From the NCBI GenBank assembly GCA_001687465.1, contig LVLI01000214.1, positions 186,001 through 227,032 of the forward strand: DNA of 41,032 nt, written 5' to 3'. The notes under the pieces were generated by a model. It was not told the origin of the DNA, did not search any database, and saw nothing but the letters and a program-made list of their open reading frames with translations. This document shows positions 1 to 10,978 of the stretch, piece after piece (position 1 is the stretch's first letter; each line of letters starts with the position of its first letter). Source of the DNA: Halocafeteria seosinensis. Lineage: Eukaryota. Both the position numbers and the translations under genes were made by a program.

Positions 1-445
1 GAGACTTTTCATCCAACTGTGATGTAATGAAGAGTTCGTCGTCTGGGTCCTCTACTGAAGCATAAACACCAGCAGAGTTATCTGAGTCATCACTGTCCTC
101 AACCGGCTGTACACTAAAGTTTTTTTGCCCTGAAGGATTGTAAAGCGAGCTTTGCCAGTCCAAGGTGTCATGAGTATCTCCCGAAAACGTCGACAGACAA
201 CGAGGTTGTTCATGTCGAATCCAGCTTATTGAGTTTATTGTGGTGCTGTTTAAGCGCATATGAGAGCGTCTGGATGCAATTCTCGACCTTGCAAAGCCTC
301 GAGCCTTTGATGCGAGGCTCGGAAATGAGCTGCCGATGCTTGTGTGCAAAAACTTCATCGTAACCTTGCCGTGTGTCTGATTCTCCAGCGGCACTTTCGC
401 CGTTCTATAACAGAATCGTTGCCTGCAGACCAATGGGCCCAGCTC
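1..445 (-). CDS. Partial hypothetical protein running off the left edge
   Basis: Manual minus-strand translation is stop-free from ~445 to position 1 (...VEDSDDSDNSAGVYASVEDPDDELFITSQLDEKS). It is absent from the ORF track because its stop lies outside the window. Upstream exons unresolved. Confidence 0.5.
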
Positions 446-958
446 TCACCACCGATAACAGTGGCGAATTGTATTAACACAACGGACAGGCTCAATGTCT
501 GCCAGCAATCTTGCTCCCGTACAAGACCCCAAGCATGCTGCTGGCGTTGTTGAAGTTAGCCAGCCAGCAGCTTCACATTACTATCAACTGCGGCATTGCA
601 CGCTACAGACTGCTACAGTATAGCAGTTAACTTGTGTGCGCTGCACAGCCATTCTTACTACATGCCCAGGGTTGTACCGGATTATGGTGGCAGCGATCAT
701 TACGTTTCGTAATAATTCAACTGCGCGCAGTGAAACTAGATATATTGAAGAGGCGGATGTTGTCAGCATGCTAGGTGTTGCTCCATCAAGTCAAATCAGC
801 CGTGGAGGAGTGAACAGAGAGTACATATATTCACAACACCTTGCACTATGCAGTTAATGTAGATCGCTGCCGCTTTAAAGTTCGGTGTGTCCTTTCTGAC
901 GTCACGTTCGCCTCGTCGAACTGAAGTTTGCTTACCTTCTACGTCTAGGGACAAGGAA

Positions 959-2088
959 ATGCAGTTTCTATCCACTTCTATTCTAGCGCAATCAGAAGCG
1001 AAAGCTAGCCGTGCTGTGTCCTTCTTTACGAATCAACTAGGCCTACGCACTCTTTGGGGGCTCCAGCATTTGCGAGAAGTTGGGAGACCAGACATACTTA
1101 GTGCTGGATTGCAAGTCCCTAATGGATCGGTCATCGAGGTCATGACTATTGATGGGGGTTTAGAGGCCTATACTGTTAGTGGGCAGTACGACAAGTTCTC
1201 TAGATATCTTCAAAACCTCGTCAAGTATCCCACCAAGCCGCCGATGTCGGAGGAACAACGTCCGCTCAAAATTCTGGCGGTAAGTACAGGGCCTAGGAAT
1301 TCCCTGACGATCCCACAGCTACAAAGTCTTTCAACGTTTGCCCTACCTCCCGCAAACGATGACCATTGGAGGAAGTGGATTAGCTATGGTTCATACGCCA
1401 CAGGAATTAACGTTCAGCCACAAGTACTCAAATGGGACACTGGTTGTTCCCCTTCCGCTCCTGCTGAAACTCCTATTAGGTGGGATCAAACCTCAAGCGA
1501 CAACGTAATCCGAGGTATAAAGGAAGTTGTGCTTTCAAATGACTTCGAGAACTTGAAATCGAATGAAGAACGCCTCCGGTCCATTGGTTTTAAGCGAAAC
1601 CCCGAGGCGTTATCTGTATGGAACGCGGAAAATGATGATAGTGTTGGTATCCGACTTCAGTTGGGGAATTTTTCTGCCCTTGTTCTAGAAACAGAAGAAT
1701 TGTCAGATGCATGGGAAAACCTTATGGAGTCGAGGAAAGAAAGACAATTCGAGATCTCTGAGTATGGCCGCAAGAGTGGAATCGACCAGGGACAGATCTT
1801 GCTAGAAGCCGACGACATTAAAGGGCTAGACTTGCGTGTATGTAGCCGCAGGTACGTTTTAACGCCCCCGTTAGTACTCTATGTATCTGGTTTATGTTTT
1901 ACGTTATTCTGTGTTTCAGGGAATTTGATCCTTTTTTCAACGAGTCTCAGGCGGCGTATCACGAAGATATTGACGAGACACTTAACCCGAACCAGCGCGA
2001 GAAGGCCTCGCTTTCTTGCCGGAGCATAGCCGGTATGGAGGTAATGGCGTATATGAAAAAGAAGTTCCGTTTCTTGAAGCAGTTGTAA
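959..2088 (+). CDS. Hypothetical protein, possibly glyoxalase/VOC-like fold; 1 intron (1852-1919)
   Basis: ORF 887-2029 (first ATG 959) joins ORF 1894-2088 in frame through GTACGT...TTTCAG. Segments 'AVSFFTNQLGL', 'GSVIEVM' and 'GIKEVVL' loosely resemble VOC repeats. Confidence 0.6.
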
Positions 2089-2235
2089 AATGTAGATGTA
2101 GCAATTGGTAGTCTAAAAGTGAACTAAATAGAACACCCGGTCTCGCAGCTCACAGAGTACGGGTTGTTGAAGTTTAGAGTTTGATCAGTGATCCTCTTCT
2201 TATGAAATCACAAGCACCTAAGACTTCGGCCAGCA

Positions 2236-3467
2236 ATGGATTGTAGTTTTTTGTCTGCAGCCATGCGTGCCAAAGGAGGAGAGATATGCACGCGGCAACT
2301 CTACTCGTTGACTGAAGTGTCGGATGTTCCACCTTCACAAGAGCTACCCAGTGTAATGGAAGAGCACGAGCCTTTCCACGTTGCGTTTTCGCGGTACCTG
2401 GATCGCACGCTATCAGTAAAGCGGGGAAAAGATTCGAATCAAAGGATCTATAACTCTGTCTCTTCGTTATGGACAAGCGAGCTCGGTGAAACGCCGTCCG
2501 AATTCAAGGAAGCGATTCAGTCGTGGTACAAGGATGGTGCAACGTATTGGGAGGTAAACACTGCTTATCTAGGGTAGAGAACATCCCAGTGAAGTTTGAC
2601 ATGTATGTTTTGTGTATGGAGTGTCGTTGCAGCGGGGTGACATTGGTGCCGATATCGAAGGAGTCTTGGGTGGGATAGGATTTGTCCATCCTGACGACAT
2701 TTCCGAATCGGCAGATTTATTACAGCAAATAGAAAAGGAGATACCTGGATTTTCAAAGCGTAGTGCGGCAGGTGGGGAAAATGATATTGCCAGAGATCGT
2801 GCGTGAATTGTTATCCCATCTCATGATATACAGAGCTAGGTGGGGGCATTGGAAGAGTAACAGAGTGTCTGTTGAGCAAGCACTTCTCCCAGGTGGAAAT
2901 TGTTGAACAAAGTCAACGTCTTCTCGACAGAGCGCATGAAAAGCTTGGGGAAACATGTGCTGGAACCAGAATAACATACACTTGTTGTGCTTTGCAAAAC
3001 TGGAGCCCTGAGAAACAGTTAGATTGCGTATGGATTCAGTGGGTTCTCGGATACTTAATTGATACAGACCTGCTGGCCCTGCTAAAAAGATGTTGCACTG
3101 TAAGTGCGTGTGATCTTGTTTAAAGTTGTATATATGGCGTCCAAGCAACCTGGGGTACAGAATCTATCTGAAAACGGTGTCATCGTCATCAAGGAAAATG
3201 TTACTCAAAAGCGCCTCGGATTTTGGATGGATAAAGATGATCGTAGTATCATCAGGTGCGTATAATTCATACGCTTTTAGGATTGAGTATACCATGGTAT
3301 ACCCTTGACAGTCAATCGCGTTGGCCCAATGCAGATCTCGGGAGTATTTTCTGGAAGTGTTTCGAAAGGCTGGGTTTGGCATCCTCTACGACAAGGCCCC
3401 AGATAAGTGGCCGAAAGATCTATTTCCTCTGCGTGTTTTTGTTCTTAACAAAGGTAATATTCAATGA
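2236..3467 (+). CDS. NTMT1: Alpha-N-terminal protein methyltransferase (NTMT1/Tae1 family), multi-exon
   Basis: Spliced motifs WYKDGATYWE, GVLGG..VH..DI..S, AELGGGIGRVT (SAM motif I across an intron), WIQWVLGYL.D.DL, GVIVIKEN, D.DDRSIIR, WPKDLFPLRVF; stop TGA 3465-3467. Confidence 0.9.
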
Positions 3468-3934
3468 CGAAATTGACAGATTTGTAGAGACTGTTCGTCT
3501 GATAGCTCGTTCGGTTCCACTTAAGAACCGTACGCTCGGCACTTGTATATACCTCATCCACGAATTTTGCTACAAGCTCTTCAATCATTGCGCTTCGATG
3601 GCAACGCATCATGGCGTTACTTGCAAAATAGTACAACGTAGCGACGCTACCGGAGCTACCAATGGCCTACCATTGGCTGGGCTGCATCAATGCAGCATCA
3701 TCAGCCTGCATGTGAAGATAGCGCGCGTGGACCAGGCGTGGTGCGATATGGAATTCAAATGCCAGACAGAATTTGTTTTTGTCCATTTACCGAGCTTTGT
3801 GAGAAATAACCTAATCTATAAAGTTAAATCATGGAATGAATTGGTATTTTCTACTGTATGACAAGATTTGTTAATGTGTATAACGTATTTGTAGGGGTGT
3901 ATGAAGCAGAAAAAGACTAGACAACGCTCCAGCC

Positions 3935-5404
3935 ATGTCATCTTCCTCCTCTCGAAACGAAGAGTATGAGCGTAACGTGGGCCTATTGCTCCAGGATATA
4001 GACACTTCAGACCTATTTTTTGCCGAAAGAGAAACGAAGAACTCGAGCTCTTCCTCGAACACGGCAGTACATGAGGAAAGCTCCAGGAATCTTTCAACAA
4101 ATTCTACGTCCTGTACGTTCACCAGCGCAACCACGAACGGAATTTCCTCTTCATCTTCAGAGGTATGAATCCATCGCTCATGCTATCATTGCATGCATTA
4201 CTCTGCGAATTTTCTGGTTGTTACAGGCGGTGGGGTCATTACTCAGGACTGCGGTGCATCCGTTGGACTTGAGGTACAGGCCTATACCTGGAGGGAAGCA
4301 AGTTGCTTATGTGGCCAATGATATCGTGATTAGCAAAGCCAACGAAATTTTTGGATACAATGGATGGAAATGTGAGATCAAAGGTATCTTTACTGACTTC
4401 GTAAGTGAACGAACAATACGGCAGCCATGGGGTAGTATACGCGTTGATTTAATTACGGTGCTCATCTCAAGCAACAGTCGGAACAGAATAAGAATGGAGC
4501 ATGGAATATTGGTATATCTGCCCACATGAGAGTAACAGTAAGTCATGACTGAGTTTTTCCCGAGTATTGAATATGGGTATTTAAGGTGAGGACACCTCAT
4601 TTAAAGCAGCTTTCTGACGGAGCCTTCCACGAAGACATTGGGTGGGGTGCCTGCGAGAATGTTCGTAACAGGGAAAAAGCTATCGAAAAAGCCAAAAAGG
4701 TAGGAAATTTGCTTGTTTAGGGAAGATAAAATCTATCGGTAAGAACCTCTTTGAAGTGTTTCCAGCAAGCTATTACCGATGCCCGAAAACGGTGCCTGCG
4801 TTTGTTTGGTGATGCTCTCGGCAACTGCGTGCGGAATGAAGATTACCAGAAGGAAGTATTCCAGACAAATGTGAGTGCACTTCTTACAAATATTTAGTTG
4901 ATATCTAAACTCTAGAGATGCATTCGGATGGTGCAAGCTGCAGCGTCAACAGCGGCAGCAACATGGTTCAGTTCCAACTGTTCAACGTTTCACTTCAGAA
5001 GGTAAGATACCGTGGTACATTCTTCTCAGCGACGTTGAAATTTTATAGTCTCGCTTCACTGCCCGACAGAACTGTTAGGTGCACCAACAGCCCATCCGTC
5101 TTCAGGGTACAACAGCTATGAGTCTCAGAAGCCCCCTCCATCAGAAACTCCAGCTGCCCCCACCGCCTCATCCAATGCACCATTGAGAGATTCCTCCAAC
5201 TATCGCACCAATTCTACGGATGATGCGAATGGAACAACCTCTATAAATGAAAGTGCATCTCCACCGAGGAAAGAAATCAGCGAAGAGGAGAAGAAAGAAA
5301 TGATTCGAAAACGGAGAGAACTGGCCAAACAGCGCCTCGAGGAAAGAAAGAAGCAAGCGGAAGCGACAAGTCCTCAAGAGCAAAAACGGGCCCGTGTATC
5401 CTAG
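3935..5404 (+). CDS. RAD52: DNA repair/recombination protein Rad52 (Rad52/Rad22 domain), multi-exon
   Basis: RPIPGGKQVAYV...[59 protein letters not shown], reconstructed across GT-AG introns 4163-4226, 4401-4477, 4538-4609 and further ones; low-complexity C-terminus. Confidence 0.93.
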
Positions 5405-5731
5405 CTGGACACTACGTATGATATTCTTCAGCACCCACAAAAAAGAAACTAGGGAAGTGGAAGTCGCGCAAGTTGTAAATTGCTGAACTAGAATAACCAG
5501 GATGCCTTTATCCCTGCCAAATTGTCAGTTGCTCCTCCTGCCTGCCGTCCCCGCCACTACTGTCTAGACTCTTTGAACTGGCTGACGCAGGTTCCGTCAG
5601 AAGAGATACTATCCATAGCATTGGGTGTATTTATTAATATGTTGTCCGTTAAACACTACGAATATACAGTACCAATAACTAGGTTTTGGTAAAGAGCGCG
5701 TATACCGGCGCTCAGTGTGTGATTTAAGGCC

Positions 5732-8700
5732 ATGCCTCAGCTTACCTGTGGTAGAAAACGATGGGGGATTTCAGCAGACGATTTTGTCTGCCCCGGATTC
5801 GCCACTGCGGTCGTTCGCTTTGTTTCATTGGCTATGCTTGTCCCTTTGACGATCCAAGCGGCGACTCATGACTGCAGGTTTGTGGTATTTGTCTTACCCA
5901 TAGACGCTGTTTATGCCCCTTTCAACTGCTGAACTGGTCTTTGCAGAACCGGAATTCGCGTATTTCTGTACCTGACAGTGTCTTTGTATTCTATGGCCTT
6001 CATTGTAAGTGGTACTTGTGCTACCGGTAGATCGAAGGAGCATGCAATATCTATTCCGGGTTACCTATGCAGAACGATGTGGCTTTGGTTCGCTATAGTA
6101 CCCGGGGAACGCTGATTGAAATCGAGAAGCGACGAGGAGTTGGCCGTCTTGCTATACTGGAGACGATATTCACCGTACTCCACTTCGGCTGCGCGATTTT
6201 TGGGCTTTATGCCGTGTTTGAAGGGTCTCCTGATGAATGCACCGATATCCTTAAGGAATCTCACTATGAGCGTTCACTGGAAGCGTTTGCTTTCCTCAAT
6301 GTAATTATTGGGGTTTTCTTCGCCTGCAGCTTTGGAACTTTGTGTCTCTTCCGGGGAAATGCAACCTGGATAGCTGCATCGGAGGATTGGCATGCTGAAT
6401 GGAATGATAGTATTTTTGTAGGGGGCGTGAACCAGCCCCCCGGACCTGCTGGCGGATTTGAAGCACATAGAGAGCACACGTGGACACAAAGATGTGGGAA
6501 ACTCTCGCGTATGCTATGCTGTTGCCGTACAGCTTTGACTGGAGACTCCCAAGAAACATTTGAGGTATGTGAATTCCTCGGCGGAACACATCTCTGAGTA
6601 TTGTTCACTCGTTTTTGTTGCTTTTCGTTGCAGATCTTGGGGAGGGTGATGTCAGTGGTTTTACGAAGCGTTGAGGCACTTCACTTGACAGTCTCTGACA
6701 TTGTTACCGGTCTAATGCTGCTCCGGGTGATACAGAAGCGCGATGAAATCGAATGCAATGCTCATTTGTTGGCACTCCAATATGGCGAGGACAGTGAAGC
6801 CGCTGGCAAACCCTATCCGTCTACACCGGAAACTGATATAGCGCTTCACGTCACTCCGATATATACATCTTTTACCTCTTCTCAGGGGAAAACTGGCGAA
6901 GCAACAGATTTAGGTGGTGCTCTACGGGGTATCGGCAGCCGCATTAATGCCTTCCACTTTCAGATGAACCCCTCGAGTATCCCTATTGATTTGTGTAACC
7001 GTGTCAAAGATTCTACTGGCCGAAGGGAGATCCTTGAGCTTTGGCACTATGGCAAGTTTGCGCTAGCCCCTTATGGTTGGATGCTCTATTTGTTTTCGAA
7101 TTTGGGAACAGGCATGTGCAAACTTTGCACTGGATGTGTATATGAGCGTACGTGTGAAACAAAACTAAAGAATGGGGATGCACAACAGGTACAGCGACAA
7201 GAGGATACGTGCTGCCGCTCGCACCCTAACGCGCACGAGGACTGTTGTGGTTGCAATACTGCTGCTGCCCGTCTTCAAGTTGAACAAAACTTCCGATCAG
7301 ATCTCCTTTATGTATCATGGCGAAGTAAATGGTATAAGCCTGCTGTAGCAGTATTTTACGATCGCGTGAAAGAATCACTGGTCATCGCTATTAGAGGCAC
7401 ACTGTCTCTTGACGACTGCATAACTGACGCAGTGGCAATACCAGTGTGTGCCAACGAAAGCAGAGGTCTACAAGAGTACGCACGATACTGCTTTGGTCGA
7501 TCTCATCAAGACGGTTACGCTGAGGAAGACCTCCATGCGGCCAAGGCCCTAGCTAGGTCTCCAAGCGGCCAGGAAAGGATGGAATCAGCCGAGAAACGGT
7601 TCCAGGAACAGGATTCTTATTATATCGATAGTCGCTGTGACGTCGATGATTGGTATGTACACGGGGGTATTCTGCGCTCTGCGCGCGCCATTTTAGCAGA
7701 ACTATGTCATGTAGGGATACTAACAGAAAACACAAGCAATCACCCGGAACAACGATACTCACTAGGTCCCCTGATCCCTGAGAACGTAAAGACGAGCATT
7801 TGCAGAAGTACCACCGGTACTGGGGAAAGCAAGGATCCCGATGATGCAATCTTCGACGAGGAAAAAGCGCGGATCGCTATTGTCGGCCATTCGCTCGGTG
7901 CGGGTGTCTCTACAGTATTAACCCCATTTCTGGCTCCCTCGTTTCCCTCATTGAAGTGCTATGCGTACTCCGCACCGGGTGCAACCGTGTCTCCTTCGTT
8001 TTCTGTAGCATTGCGCCCGTTTGTTACGACGGTGGTGCTCGGGAAGGACATGGTTCCTCGGTTAGGGTTTCCAAATCTACGCCGCTTGTTTTACAAAATG
8101 CTAGTTGCTTATAGTTCTGCAGATCTTAGTAAAGGTAGCTTAATCCGGTATGGCTGTCAATCCTGCTGGTCTTCAGTCTTCTGCGGAAGGCGAAGTCGGC
8201 AAACTGAGAATTCTACTCACTCCCGAATCCTCAACGCGATGCGGCAATCATTAATTAATCCAATGGATCCCAACGATGGGCAGATAAGCTCGACGGATTC
8301 TTTGACGAATTCTTACGTGCCGGGATCCTCAATTAATGTTGAGGATACATCTTTGAGTATTGGTGGTACATCTGCATCCGAACCACTCAATGACTTCAAA
8401 GATTTTGCCGCTCATGTGAAGACAGTACTGAGAGCAGAGCGTCATCGTTTGCGCATTAGTCAAGAGAAACAACTTTCTCGGCGCAACAGCCGAAAGCGAA
8501 ACACTGTAAATCGTTCAGTTGTCTCAGAAAGCGCCAAACATTCCAGCCGGGGAAAAGGAGAGCAGAAGCCGAAGCATAAGGGATCCCAGAAGGCCGGTAG
8601 TTTTGAAAGTGTTGCTGCGATGGCCGATGAACTATGGCAGCCGGATGATGCTGACCGCATCATGTGGGTGGGTGGAAAAGTAATACATTTATCTAAACTG

Positions 8701-8964
8701 CGCACTTGGAGCCGCCATCCTCTACAAGGCAAAGTTTTATCAACATGCCTCTCCAAAAAGTTTACCGAATTTATTGGCTCCTGGAGTCACCCGGCGGACT
8801 TCGGAGATGTTTACGTATCAAACTTGATGGTCAAAGATCACCTTCCAGATAACTTAGTGGATACCTTGAACTCTATGGTGGATACTGCTGAGCTGGTGAA
8901 TGAACAGCTACGAGAACGCAATCTACCCGAGGGAGACATAGAAGCTCAGCGCTTTACCGAATAA
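5732..8964 (+). CDS. DAGL: sn1-specific diacylglycerol lipase (DAGL alpha/beta-like; lipase class 3 with N-terminal TM helices)
   Basis: N-terminus MPQLTCGRKRWGISADDF matches the DAGL start; TM segments; SDIVTGLMLL, VIAIRGTLSLDDCITD, VHGGI, nucleophile GHSLG, GKDMVPRL, DHLP catalytic His; intron 6565-6633 and others. Confidence 0.9.
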
Positions 8965-9259
8965 GAGTGCGAAAACATTTCTACTTTTTCATTTATCCGA
9001 TTTTCACGATGTCTAGCATTGTAGAGTTTTTGAATATATTGTAACACATCATGTTACACATGGTAAGTGGGGCGTAAGCTAACAGGAATCGAGAATTCTT
9101 TTTCTTCAGTGACTTGCAAAGATCGAAATTGTTGCCGTTATTGTTGCAATCTTTGAGTTCATATTGAAGGGAAAAAACACTTATTAGTGAAGATTGTATC
9201 ATCACGCTATACAGTCTCCCTATAGCAGCTTTTGTTTGGTCTTGGGAAAAGAATTTGTC

Positions 9260-10978
9260 ATGGCAGCTTGTGGCGCGTTTCCACTTCCTTCAATCCTTTC
9301 ACAATTGATCTCCAATTCATATAACGCTTTTCATGCCGCGAAGCCAGAGTGTTATGGGAGCGAGCAGGAACCCTCTCTGTCCATCTACATATTTGGAGCA
9401 CAGGAAGCAGAGGGGGAGGAAAAAACAGTGGTGCACTTTAGTGACACGATTCCTTTGCCTAGGGAGCGCCTGAGCAAACTTAAAGGAATGATAAGAGATG
9501 ATACGCTTCTCACCTCCGCCCCATTGACTTTATTACTTCATGAAAGGTGGGTGATATTGTATTCCTACGCTTTTATAGGCGTTTGTATTGACTTTTTTGT
9601 ACGCGAGTTCTCATCTTGCCACACTTATTCCATTCTTGAATTCTTCTGTTACAGAAACGAGTTGAAACATTTAATTTCCATATTCGGTGACTATCAAACA
9701 AACAATGTCCTGTCGAGGGTGAGATTCTCTCTTGAGCTAGATAGCACGACGCTACTCTGGGAGATGGCGAACGATGCCGACGGAAGGAACAGTACGCACT
9801 TTCAAGCTCTCGATTCCCCAGAGTTCCAACGGGGAGAGGCGTTTTCTGTAACATTTTCACTCAATACAACGAAAGTTCGAACGATTGCTGATTCGATGGA
9901 GACGTACTTCTATAGTTTGCTACACATGCATAAAGGAGTAGCCGTTTCCGTGACGATCGATGAAATCCAAGGAAGTACGCTTTTTGCAGGTACCAGTCTT
10001 CGGGGTACGTTTTGTACTAACATCAGCCAGGACCCATCAGTGCTTAGCGTCGAGGAAGGCGAAGACCCAGAATTACCGAATGCACTCATCGTCATGGCTA
10101 AGTGCAAGCCAGCGGAAGGAAGACAAACAATGCTTACAATATTTACGTACATGGACGGGGTTCCGTATCCTTGTATGCAAAATCAGGGGGGCTCGTTGGA
10201 ACTCTGGAACCATAGAAACTACACTTTACACTTTGATCACCCTTTCAACTCGGAGGATATATTTATATTCTTGTTAATGGAAAGCCCTGGCATAACAGAG
10301 GAAAGTTCAACAACATTTACGAGCCGCAATATACTGCCTGACTCAACTGTACATGCAGTGGTTAAATCAAAACTGCATGGGGCTGTGTTTACAGGTCGAG
10401 GAAAGGTATGTCTGGCTATTCCCATCAATCCTTCACAACAGGGAACTAGAAACCATTCTGATTTGACAGGAAGTTAGAGGGGCGAACTCTCCGGTGGAGA
10501 TAATTTCATCTTCGTTGAGATATATCATGGAGAGAGGTGGTAACGCATGCCAGGCTAAATGTCAAGGTAAGTCTCCTCTGAAGTAGAACTCCGAATAACT
10601 GCATAACGCGATGAGGTCATCCAGAAATACTAGGACTACCCAGTCAACCTGTTAGGGGCAGCCAACTCCATTCGTTTCTTATCGAAACCACCACACGTAA
10701 GCCGAAGTGTAGTCTCTTCCCGTGTCTGCCTCGAGTGAAGCGTTTGCTAAGTTGCAGGGTCTCCTTCTGCACAAACAACCTTGGAGGACCTGAACAATGC
10801 AGCCCACCGCGGCGAGCTCCATTTACTAAGCACAAATCGCCTCAAACACGCAGCAGATGCAATCGGATTGCTTAAATCAGGCGGCAAAAGGGAACTAGTT
10901 GCAAGAGTTCTCAAATATTTGTCCATGAACGAACTCATTGATCAAGTGACCCTCGAAACATCCATGAGAGCGATTTAG
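9260..10978 (+). CDS. Putative meiotic type II topoisomerase VI subunit B-like protein (MTOPVIB/TOP6BL) with C-terminal SAP domain
   Basis: Introns 9547-9654, 10406-10469, 10567-10624 and 10697-10757 (all GT-AG) give one open frame. Motif order LSQLISNSY / SLSIYI / TVVHFSDT / GEAFSVTF / YFYSLL..GVAVSV / IFTYMDGVP / WNHRNYTL / ISSSLRYIM..CQ.KC.EILG parallels plant MTOPVIB as recalled; last exon is SAP-like. Confidence 0.65.
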
